64,000 bases of DNA. Source: Lepidodermella squamata. Lineage: Eukaryota > Animalia > Gastrotricha. The stretch is taken from assembly GCA_047495785.1 (NCBI GenBank), contig JBLDXI010000009.1, positions 3,348,001 through 3,412,000 on the forward strand, in the 5' to 3' direction. Position 1 is the stretch's first letter, and every line of letters begins with the position of its first letter. A program made the translations under genes and the position numbers. A model generated the notes under the pieces. It was not told the DNA's origin and ran no database searches. It worked only from the letters and a program-made list of their open reading frames with translations. Below are positions 39,251 through 50,681 of the stretch, in pieces.

Positions 39251-42200
39251 ATGGCTGACTCGAAGTTGGCGATCAACATTGATAAGCCGCGTTATGACCA
39301 GTCGACGTACATCGGCCGAGCCAAGCATTTTTTCGTCGTTACAAACCCGCTGAATGTGCTGGCGAGCGAAGCGCAACTCGATCAAGCGAAGCGCGTTATC
39401 GACGATTACAGGGCTGGAAAATTGAAAAATGTCAATGAAGACGAGTTGTGGCGCGCGAAATACCTGTACGATTCGGCGTTTCACCCGGCCACGGGTGAGA
39501 AAATGCTGCTCGTCGGCCGCATGTCGGCGCAGGTGCCGATGAACATGGTGATTTTGGGCGGCATGTTGACGTTTTACAAGTCGACGGTGGGCACAATTTT
39601 CTGGCAGTGGTTTAACCAGTCTTTCAACGCCCTGGTTAACTACACCAATCGCAGCGGTGGCTCAGTTGATACAACGTGAGTTAGATTACATAGATTTTCG
39701 AAACCACGGCTTTAAATAACATCAATCAAGCATAAAAAAGTGGCTTCTATGTCTCCGGTTTATGAAAAGCTTCATAGCAATTGAACATTTCTAAAATTTC
39801 CCTGATTTTCCGAAAAATGTTGGTGCTGAATAGTTTGAAACCATCAAGTCGATGAGCGATAGGTAGGGTGAGTCATAGGTAATACAACCGAATAAAGTAC
39901 ATGAAAAAGGAACAGAACAAGTCTATAAACGAAGAAAGCGATTTCCAACGATATGGCCCAAGGGTATTTTAATGCCCTGGAATGCTGATCGAATTTGAAA
40001 CTTGTCAAACTGAATGAAAATTCAAACGAAATCCAGAAAAGTAACACATCGCAAATTACTAAACCATTCCTATTATAATTTTTCGGGTTTTATTCGGTGA
40101 AATTGTAGAAAGGGAAAATAGTTTATAGTTGATATAATCTCGTAAAAAAAATCGAAAATTTAGTTGCATCCTTCTTGAGCTTCCTTTATTTTAAATTGAA
40201 ATTGCCCGCGAAAAATTTGATAGAAATTAACTCATTTTCTAACCTCTGCTTTCAGACAACTTGCGGGTGCTTATGTCGGAGCCACTGGTGGAGCTTTGGT
40301 TACCTCCCTCGGCCTCAACCGGGTAGCAAACGTGAGTTGCAAAATTTATATCATTTTTATTCAAAGTCATGCTAATTTTTTCAAAAAATAGAAATTTCCT
40401 CCAATTGTCGGCAAAATGGTTCCTTTTGTCGCTGTTGCTCTGGCTAACTGCATCAACATCCCTTGTAAGTTCATTTTTTCATTGGATTTTTTCATTTTTC
40501 AATTATTTTTCCCTATTTTTCTAGTGATGCGATCTGCTGAGCTGAAAGATGGCATTGCTGTGTATAACGATAAGGACGAAAAGTTGGGCGACTCCGTGCC
40601 GGCTGCTAAGCAGGCCATTACACAGGTTGTCGTCAGCCGCATCATTATGGCCTCGCCTGGCATGGTCATCCCGCCGGTCATCATGTCGGCACTTGAATCT
40701 CGCTGGCCAGCTCTGGTAATTTCAGTCGCTTAATTCAATACCCTAACAAAAGATGACTGTTAAAATATTATTCTATCGGCCCCACCCAGGAAAAATTCAT
40801 AGCGTTACTTTTTTAAATTCAGCGAATTCATACTCAGGTTTTCTTTGGGAAATGCTCAAAGTTGGAATTAATTTGCGTCCCATGTACTCAAACAATTGTT
40901 TTCGGCATTATTATTTTTTTCATGTAATTCAGTGGCAATATTTTGGGCATCTCTACATTCAGCTAAGAGGCCCAATTCATTTGACACGACGAATTTCATT
41001 TATTCAGAAATTTCCCGACAGTCTTGCACAATCGACTGAGCCAGAAAATCAGAGATAAATAGACAGATTTTCATTTTACGCGATGATAACTGGTCCAGCG
41101 CAGGATCTGAGGTTAACAGCTACACACGCATAGAAAATGTCATCAATGTGTTCGAGATGAAGAGAAACCCTCGTCAGATTCAAGGGAGAGATATTTCGAA
41201 AAACATGGCAATATTAGAGAAGTCTAAAGGTCTGAGACATTTCAGTGGCAGTATCGAAGAATTGACGGCATACGGCTCGTATAATTTCATTTATTCAAAA
41301 ATGCAATTAACATTTTCCGACAATCAACCACAATCGTTTGAACCATTTCAGACAACTCAACCCATCGCACCTCGTCGCTCATCAAAGAATTAACGCACTC
41401 ATAAGCTTTAGTCACGACTGATTTCATTGAGGCGTCGTAATCATTAATAAAAGTGGAGATGAAACGGCAGATATTCATTTTGCGCGATGATAATTGGTCC
41501 AGCCAGGACTAAGCTTTGAAAACGATCAGGTCAACGGCCGCACAAGCATGGAAGATATCATCACTGTGTTCGTTTTCGAGGAAAAGGGCGATTTTGGGCA
41601 GATTCAAGTCATTAATATTTCGGAAAAAATACATCAATATTGTAGAAGTGTAACGGCCCCAGATTTCAGTGGCAATATCGACGAATTTACTGCATGAGGC
41701 TCGCTGGTATTTAGAAAGGCCGGGTTAAAATTTGAAATTTGAAATACTATCTAGTCTTGCAACCCGAGCCTTCAGTCCAGTTGATCAAAAGGCAGTTTTT
41801 CATGAAAGGAACAAGAGTTCTCTTTTTTCTCCTCTAAGAAGGAGGCATGACTACTTGAAATTGTCAATAAGAATTACGTTTAAGAAGGTAGTCATTCGGG
41901 GCTGAGAAGGCTTGAGGACATACATTAGGATACCCATCGCGTTTCTCTCAGCTTTAAGAGAAAAACTTGCATTACATGGGAGACTTATAAATAGCAGTCT
42001 AAAAATAGCCGGCATATTAGTTAGTGAACGCACTGTAACTTCTAGAACCTGGAGCCTGCATAAGTGTTTCCTATAAATAAGGAAAATATAAAATTTAAAT
42101 AGAATTACGATATAAAAATATAATATAATATAAAATTGGGAATATAATATAAAAATGATATAAATTTTTGTATGTTTCACTAAAATTCACCAAAAAATAT

Positions 42201-42424
42201 TGCAAAAAATTGATTTTATATTGTAGAAAAGACCTCTGTTGAACGCGCCCGTTCAAACGCTGTTGTGCGGTATCTGCCTGGTCTTCGCCACGCCCATGTG
42301 CTGCGCCCTGTTCCCGCAACGTGCTTCGATCACGGTCAATAAGCTGGAACCGACTCTACGCGATCGTTTGTTGGCGCAGGGCTACAAGCCGGAAGACCGT
42401 CTTTTTTACAACAAGGGCCTGTGA
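39251..42424 (+). CDS. SFXN: Sideroflexin (SFXN1/3-like mitochondrial carrier)
   Basis: Exons 39251-39675, 40256-40331, 40392-40464, 40525-40715 and 42227-42424. Motifs: [53 protein letters not shown]-terminal FYNKGL. Confidence 0.95.
40925..41710 (-). pseudogene. Degenerate tandem (~400-bp period) coding remnants inside the SFXN intron, similar to the C-terminus of the orphan gene
   Basis: 41065-41280 and 41470-41705 are diverged direct copies. The minus-strand frame [44 protein letters not shown] aligns by eye with VARHTFTIIDDYETFVQDISLKSWNSVLRDASFESESAELRDVI of 43870-45297. In-frame stops are present. Confidence 0.5.
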
Positions 42425-43033
42425 GTGGCGGAGCGATTCGGAAACAATTCGATTGCCCACTTTCAGCCAAGCTGTCGATTTTTTGTGAAATTAAATGAAC
42501 TGGATATATAACTTGTTAAAGACTCTTCCCACTGCCTTGAAATTGAGTTCAAAAATGTTAGAGTAAAACTTTATCTGCACTGCAGGTTTATATAATATTA
42601 TATGCCAAAAAAGTAATAAATGCACTCATAAATTCCTTCCTTATTCTTTGATTTATTGCAAATCGCTGGGTTTTTTTGTGTTTAGCTGAACATTTTATGC
42701 GAACTCCGGTTTTGCGATGTGAAATGCAATGTTGATTCATCGAAACTGTGACGTCCTCTCTGTTGATTGTGAAAAATTAATACCGTTATTGTTATTATCA
42801 TGTAGCGTATTGGCGATTGATTGCAAATCATCGCGTGCTTATATCAACCCACCGGCGTGCTAATTTTTGAACTGTGACACGTGTGTGAATACTTAAAATA
42901 ATTCGGGAATATTTTTCATCATATTTTGTTTCTTGTTTTCTGCTGCGCTTTGTTAGAACAAATAAAAACGTAGGCTCTTGAATTTCGTGGGGTGATCCCC
43001 TGTTGAAGATTTCTCAATATCCAAGGCGATTCA

Positions 43034-43346
43034 CCGGGTCCCCCACAGAGCAGAAGGCTTCAATGCAGGATAAACCCAAAAAGCGGTGCAAACGCCACGC
43101 AACAATAAATCGAATTAATTACGATAAAATTCTGCGTAATTTTCTGAATATGGGCTCATCATAACTTTAAGAGCCCGGCTTATGAATTTTGGAAAATTTT
43201 CGAAAATCGATTTTTGGTGTGAAAAGCTAGAATAGCTGGCCATCCCGTTAGTCCATTGGTTGAAAATCAGAGGCTGAGCGCCTGCTGGGAGGACTGTAAA
43301 GTGCGTTTACCCTGCTTTGAAGCCTTCTGCTTAGTGGGGAACCCGA
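43034..43346. mobile_element. Degenerate MITE-like/foldback element
   Basis: Imperfect ~42-bp inverted repeats at 43034-43075 and 43305-43346 (core GCAGAAGGCTTCAA) around ~230 bp of non-coding sequence. No TSD resolved. Confidence 0.55.
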
Positions 43347-43869
43347 TTCACCTTCAGGTAAGCAAAATTCATTCGAAAAATTTAAAACTCACGATATCTG
43401 AAAACAAATGTGGCAACTGAATTTTTATTCGTAAGATTGACCGGTTATAATTGGAAGTACGAGTTCCAAATTAAAAAAAAAGAAACATCCCAGCAGCAAT
43501 TTAGGCGCATCTGAACATCTGTAAAGAGGTATTTTTAAACAATCCGCCGAGTAACAAGGAGGGAAATTTATATTGGATCTAGCGGAGGACGACAGCGTGA
43601 CAGGTGAAAAAAGCACAGGCATAACATGTTTGTTTTGAGAGAACCATATGAAATCATCAAGTTGTAACAAAGTGCATTTCAAGTACCAAACGAAATACAT
43701 ACAAGAGAAGATAAAATGATATAGGTCAGGTCTTCAAATATGGAACAATTTTGAAGGATATGAATCATTGGAATAAAAATATTTTACACCAAAAGCCTTT
43801 CGAGCGAAAAATGGAAGTATAGGACAGATTCGTTGATTAAAAAAAACAGATCGATAATTTAGGAAGCAC

Positions 43870-46800
43870 TCAAGCCAGGCGATGATCGTTGGCCTTCATT
43901 TTTTCTTTCAATTTCGAGATCACATCACGCAATTCGGCGCTTTCACTTTCAAAACTCGCATCCCTCAATACAGAGTTCCAAGATTTTAGGGATATGTCCT
44001 GCACAAATGTCTCATAATCATCGATGATGGTAAAAGTATGCCTTGCCACGTCTTCATAGTATTTGGCGCCACTGCATAGTAATGACTCGCTTTTTTTCAA
44101 AACGCTCAATAAGGCACCTGAAATGCGGACATTATTCACAAATGAGCAGTGCAGAAGATGCTTGAGGGTATCTGACTTCAACTTCTCACTCATTTCACGC
44201 TTTTGCCAGTCATTTTCAACAAAAAATTCGTCCATGAAGTGGGGGGTAATGATTTTCAAAGAGATTCGATCATCGATCAGGTAAGCGGAATCGCGCACCA
44301 TTGCCGAGAGATTCGAGTTGATAATCAGATAGAAGTCATCGATTCCGTACACAGAAGCACAAACCGAAAGGAAGTCGCGAAGTTCAGAAGCTGATACAGA
44401 CAAGATGATGTATTGGAATTTGACCTTTTCCGGATTAGAACTCAGGTAGTGAAAAAGATCTGGCATGAAACAAGTTTCAGTGACAATGATTTTCACATTT
44501 TTTCCTTGTTTTTGGAAAAACGTTTCTTTCGTCGAAAACTTTTCGCGAAATATTTTTCTCGGTATTACAATTTCACCAGAAGAGAAATACAAGGCATCGG
44601 CATCACTTTCGTTGATACTAGCAATGCTCATTTGGGACAGATGAAACAGACCAAAATGCTTCAGAACACCGTTGAGTAGTTTCGTGAAGTCTTGCCAATT
44701 TATCAACACATCGCTGCCCTTCTTCCAAAAATCTTCGAGGAAGAAAAAATAACGAGCAGTAAATAACGAGTCGTGCAGTAACGGAGACTGTTGATATTTA
44801 AATAGCAGATCAGAGAATCTTGAAAAACTAAAAGATAGTCGGCAAATGTCAGCTCTGCTGTCAATACTAGGGAGTATATGGGCGAAGAAAAAGAGAATTA
44901 CAGCGAACTGAGATGCTAGCACATGGCCAGTTTTTCCTTTCAAGAGTGAATGCGTAGTGGCTGATTTGCGGAGATACCTGACCCAGGACCTGCTCACAAT
45001 GTCGTCCTCGCACTCATCGAATTCGATGTAGAAAAATTCATCGCCAACTAGGCTGAAATCGAAGACTACGCCGTCATATCTCCTGAATTGTGTCGTGAAC
45101 GCGCGAGATTGCCGAGCTAGACTCGCAGCTTGGTTCAGATATCGATCATAGCACTTTACTATGCCCAACTGATTAACAGGCGATCGAAAGGTCGAGGATG
45201 AATTTTCTCGCGCTGGGTTGCTTCTTCGGGATTCGTTCGATTCTGATTGCTGATTTTGCGATGAAGATTTCCCTTTAGGCCCTGGGTTACTTTCGATCTG
45301 AAATTTAATTTTGATTAAAAATTGATTTCAACGAAAATTTCAAATTACATCGCCACAGAGTTGCAACAAATTGACAGCGAAAAGGACGGGGAGTCGCATT
45401 GCAACGACTCGATAGAAGCACTGATCAGTTATTCTTGGTCGCTTCGTAGGTTGGCAATTTCGAATTGAACCTGAGGATTTGCCGATTTGACGTTGGACAT
45501 GCGCATCGTACAAACTCTAAATAAAATAATAAAATCATGCAATAAAATCAAGCATCGATGTCGAATAGTAAGCCCTTACCTTTGAAGAGTCGACGAACTC
45601 GGAAATGGGAGTAGGGGGCTCTTTCGCAAAGACGGACGTCAAAAGAACGGCTTCATCGATAGCCCCAGCCTCGTATGAAAGGCAAGTCGAATCGGCTTTG
45701 GTGCACTTGCCAAAAATTGATTTCTCAGACCCAAGGCTTTGGGTAATGCGAAACCAATCGCAAAACTCAGGGTATCTGATGTTGAAGTCGGTCAACCTCA
45801 TTAAAGAGAACGCTATTAACGAACCAAAGAAAAATCGATTAGACAAATCCTTCGAAAATTGGAAACAAATCAGACGATTAATTTATTTTTATTCTCATGC
45901 ATTTCTGACCGGTAACAGTTAACATTTAACATTTTGAGCAAGAAAATCGCCGCGGCAATTACGGCACATTTCAGCGTAAGAAAACGGGTTTTTAACAATC
46001 GATTAGGCATAAAAAAACAATTTGTAAAATGTCACTGTCATCTCGCAGCACCAAAGATAATTTTGATCAGTATAAGCCGTGCCCTCAAAATCGAACAACA
46101 CTATTTACAGCAAATCAAGAAGTTGATTGATAGAATCAGAAGAAGAAAGAAAAGTTGAATATCAAAACGATTGTAAAAGGCACATTGTAGAGAGTTCAAC
46201 GAAAAACCGAATGACCAAATCATCAAATGAGGTCACAGCGCTCGATGGAAAGTCGCGACAAGGAATCCATGTCCAGCTCAACCGCAAAAAACCGGGGAGC
46301 CATCCTTGGCAGGTGCGACAAATTTGCGATGAACGTGCACCCAGACTTGGACGTAGTGATAGAAAATGGCTTAGAAAATGGCTATAAAAAAAATGGCTTA
46401 GAATCGATAATTTTTAGATTTTTGATGATTGCTCACCTGGAAACCGCTGGCTTCGCAATAGTAGGCCGCTCTGCCATCGGCGTTGAAACGCCTGATCAGC
46501 AAGTGAGCTCGTTTTTTTCGCGGTTGCCAGGCAGGATTTTTGCTTGATTCGAAACGCCGCTGTCTCTGCTTCCCGGCTTTCTTCGAGCGATTGTTTCGTT
46601 CTTCGTCGTACTCAGCGTCATATTGCGTCTCGAAGTCTTCATCGGTCTGGAAACCTTCGTCGAATTCCGAGCACGGATTCTGCCAATCAACTTCGAAGTC
46701 TTCAATTTCCATCGGCTTGACGTCCTGCTAAAAAAAATGGAAATTAAAACTGGTTTTTAGTAAAATTTTCGGCTTGAAACTAACTTTTTCGGTTTTAACG

Positions 46801-47162
46801 CCGACAACAGGCGGATTCCATGGTCTAGCAGCCGTTTGTTTCGATTCAGCATCGATTCCAGGCGTTCCAGATCGCACAACATCGGCCCATGTCTAGAAAT
46901 GATAAGAAATCAACAAAAATAGCGAGTTTCCGTTATTTTCGCCTACCTTGGTTTTGTAGAGCTCGGGATCCTGAGGCTTCTCCATGACGAATTTGGCCGT
47001 TAACTCATCGGCTTCTTCGATGCTGTCAGACTCATAGTGAAGACTCGATGACGAGTCAGTCTCGTAGTCGAAGTCGCCGCAAGTCGTATTTTCGCAAGTC
47101 TCACCTCGAGACGAAATGTAGCTGCAACCGGAAAGACCAGAATCAACGCGTTCAACAGTCAT
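43870..47162 (-). CDS. Orphan 7-exon gene encoding a predicted 2A-linked polyprotein (~390 aa + ~469 aa)
   Basis: Exons 46947-47162, 46785-46892, 46437-46727, 46283-46381, 45580-45849, 45349-45516 and 43870-45297 join in frame through phase-0 GT-AG introns. The 46283-to-45849 junction is the least certain. No known domain recognised. Confidence 0.65.
45277..45369 (-). other. 2A/StopGo ribosome-skipping motif split by a 51-bp intron
   Basis: TTG TTG CAA CTC TGT GGC GAT | GTAATT...TTTCAG (45298-45348) | ATC GAA AGT AAC CCA GGG CCT encodes LLQLCGD-IESNPGP, an exact match to G-D-(V/I)-E-x-N-P-G-P. Confidence 0.88.
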
Positions 47163-48262
47163 TTTAGAAGAAAAACTAAAATCAAACAGAGGAAGGGTGT
47201 TTAAAATTACGGCTATAACGACTTTATGGAGCCGAAAGTAAAAGGAACAACATGAGCTGAGATGTCTAAATTGGGACAAAAACTTTGATTTCAATAAGAA
47301 AATTGGCAATACTCCTCATCCGCAGCGTGAAATCGGCAACATTTAGGCGAAGGCTGCGGTTAGTCGAAGAAATCATGATAATTACTGATGAAGATACATG
47401 TTATGACATAACCGGCTACTCATGATCTCGGAGGACTGTGGTAGCGTTCTCTCGCGCAACGTTGACGGCGGCTTCTGTGCTTTGATGTTGTACCGCAGCG
47501 GCTGCGGCGGGGTCAGCACATTTGTGTGTCGGGCGGCGCGCAACCGCCCTCGGATTATTGCACCCCGACGCCGCTCCCAGATACACTAATGACTTCGCAC
47601 TAATGATCAAACCGAACGGCAAAACCGATTACTTAACACCGAATAATATGAAGAAGATCGAAAAACGAATAAAGGAAAAAATTCGGATAAACTGACAAAT
47701 AAATGACGTTGGAGTGTCGCAAACTTGGCATGTAATCAAGCTCCAACGCACCTGACGCTGCGAAAATCGCTCAGTTTTTTTTGCGGCGCTCGCTCAGCGT
47801 AGGTCGTTTTCCGCTTAGAAAATGGGTTCGCAAATAGAATTCGATGGTCCATGTAAATGGAGTAGAAATTCAGCTCGCGACTATTATGAAAAATTTCATT
47901 TAATCAGCCGTCATGAGAAAATATTCTGGATAATTTTCCGCTTATTTAAAGTTTGACCATTCTGCCCGTGCTTTAACATGTTCCAATGAAATGAAATCCG
48001 CAACACCTTCAGCTCTCAGATAAACCGGGCGCTAGCCTATTCAACTCCCGTCATGAAAAAATCGATCTTTTATCAAGTAAAATGTGTTTTATTTCTTGTT
48101 TTTCTGCAAAAATTCAATTTTATTTTCCAGCACAACAAGTATTTGGCGACTCATCATCGTATAGTGTGTGATTCAGAATTTTTGTAGAGTAAGGTGAGCA
48201 ACTATCGTTTATACAAAACAGCAGCAGCAGCATCTCGCTTCGAACCCGCCGAATCGCTGCGC

Positions 48263-48863
48263 CTAAAAACCGGGCAGTTCTTTCGTCTCCGAAAAGCACG
48301 TGTCATACAAGTCCTTGTAATCGTCGTGCGCTTTGACTAGAACGGCACAGGTATTGCGGCGGGATCCGCACGCAAGGCCCAAATCCTGAAAAATTAAAAA
48401 AAAAATTAAAAATTAAAAAAATCCACCTTAAAAATTTTAATTTCATTTTTTTTACCTGTTTTGAAGGCGTGAAACAGTACGGAATTTCAGCCTCTTCGCA
48501 CACCACCGGCATGTGGGCAATAACGTCAACCGGGCGCGTATTGCCGGCCAGGAAGACAATGCCCCGCTCACCCTTGCGGATAAACTTCTGCACCTCGCGA
48601 ACGCCCTTGCGGATGCAGCCCTTCGTACGGCTCGCTTTACGAATCAGCTTGTACAAATTCTTGCCGAGGCTGCGCGTCGCCAGCGGCTGCGCGATCGGGA
48701 TCAAATACGCGCACTTTTCGGCCCAGTTCTCCGACGAACCCGCCAGTTCTTTCGGCGACTTCAACGGCCGCTTGCCATCGGCAGCTTCTTCCTTGGCCGG
48801 CGATTCTTCAACCTTAACCGGCGCATTTTCTTCATCACCAGCTTGAATCTTATGCTTGCCCAT
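48263..48863 (-). CDS. NHP2: H/ACA snoRNP/telomerase subunit NHP2 (L7Ae family)
   Basis: Two exons. PIAQPLA...LYKLIRKA...IRKGVREVQKFIRKGERGIVFLAGN...[23 protein letters not shown]. Confidence 0.93.
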
Positions 48864-49211
48864 TTTACCAAAATTGACAGAAGACAAAAAAAATTAACAC
48901 AACACACTATTGAAAGAGAAAAAACGGTTAACAGATTATTTTTTTAATAGCATTATTCTATACAAATATAAGGTCGAGCTCGTGAGAAAAGTAAACAAAC
49001 TGCAACATTTACACCGAATTGGCCATTTTTTGCAAGTATCAACTATTTTAGAATTGTGAGCTGGAATAAACAAAAAATTGAGGTCAGCGCTGCCACCGAG
49101 ATAACAATGAAATATGAGCATACTACAATTTTCGAATTGCCGTCCTACTGTAAAGAAATCGAAAACTGAAAATAGAAACAGCCATTCCCGAAAAATCAAC
49201 AAATTCAGTTT

Positions 49212-50681
49212 TCAATATGGCAAATTTGTTTGAATCGCAACATCGCGCATTCTCACAATTTCCCACTCGTCATCGTTTTCATCATCATCGTCATCGCCGC
49301 CATTTTGAGCTGAGCTGCTCGGACCAGGTTTAGCCACCTTAGCCGGGGTTCCACTTGTAGATTCAGACGCTTTCCTCCGCGGCGAGCTTCTCGTCGGCGA
49401 TCTCACGGGTGATTGTTGATAACGCGATTGGCGATGTAGCAACTCCGAAAACGGGCCTAAACTTTGATCGGCAACACTTCGGCTGAGATTTGCATGCTCG
49501 TCATTTTCCGCATGCGCTTTTTTCAATATTTCAATACGTTCGCTGAGCAATTTCGAAACCGGCTCGTCTTTGGCCATTTTACGCAAACCACGGCCGAAAT
49601 GCGTCTTACCATGCAGGACCAGCTCGACACACTGCTGCGACGATGTGTGATGGGTCGATCCTAGTAGGCTAACCCCGGCTAGGTTTGATGCCTTTGCCGC
49701 GACGCAGTGAAGATTTCGCAAAAATACGTAATCGCCGGGCTGAAGAGATTGAGCGGTCGGGCAATGATCGTCGAAAATGACTACAGGCACCATGTAGCTC
49801 GAGAACTGGTCATACAAATCCTGGTCCATTTTCACCGAGGCGAGCTCTGACGGGCTGATAATAGCGAGGGGAGGCAGCATCCTGGCCTGTCTTTGGCTAG
49901 TCATCGAGCCATCGGTCACAAATAACACGCATCGATCACTCGATTTGACGCCGATTCCAATAACGAGACACGCTGTGTTGAAATAATTGTTCAGCACAAC
50001 AGATTCGATCCATTTAACATCATCGCGATTTATCGGGGTGGCAGGTGCTGCGACGATAGCTGGTAATTTTCTGGGTGATGGCGACGTTTGAGGTGACGTG
50101 AAAGTCGTGTGATTTCGGACGAACCAGTTGCGTAACTCAACCGCGCGGGCTTTGTCCGATTCTGAGAAGGTGAATTCAGCTGAGCCTGATCGAGGGGTGA
50201 TTTCTGACGACGGATCACCGTCGACAACGAGCCACGAGAAGCCGAACGAACTGACGGCCTGGAGTTTAGACAGCGGGTGGGTCGGGCCGGATGGCACGAT
50301 TGACGTCGGCTCGTCACGGGCTGGTTTCACGTTGATACGGTGAAGCCGCACAACATCGCCAACTCGACGTATTGTTGGGAAGGTTTTGAAGTCGGAATTG
50401 AACAAAACGCAAACCTGATTGAAAAAATTGAAATAAAATATCCACCTTAAATAATATTTTTATACCAATTTAGCTGTCGGGTCTCGTGGATCCAGCGAGT
50501 CGTCGACAATGGAGAACATCTGAAAAAAATCCGTGCCACGCGACCTTTGTGGTTCCTTGTAAAATTTGACAACAGCCCATATGTTCACTCTGCTTGAAGA
50601 CGCCGATAAATCCGCAAGTCTCGTGTACACGTACTGCTGCGAAGCCGCTCCGTGTTGACCCGGAGCTACGGCTTTCGACAT
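49212..50681 (-). CDS. POT1: Protection of telomeres 1-like, OB1+OB2 only (472 aa)
   Basis: Exons 50466-50681 and 49212-50414. OB1: YVYTRLADL..VNIWAVVKFYKEPQRSRGTDF..SIVD, FPTIRRVGDVVRLHR, FTFSESDK..ELRNW. OB2: FDDH..LQPGDYVFLRNLH, LHGKTHFGRGL. A disordered tail follows. Confidence 0.88.

Noticed and set aside
45850-46282. Additional coding exon of the orphan gene, or stop-codon readthrough
   Set aside because: The coding-looking frame has several stops of different types (TGA, TAA). It is treated as intron, possibly containing decayed coding sequence.
47300-48260. Telomerase RNA or RNase P RNA next to NHP2/POT1
   Set aside because: No CUAACCCU-type template on either strand. The ACATAACCGGCTA resemblance to RNase P CR-V has no matching CR-I partner.
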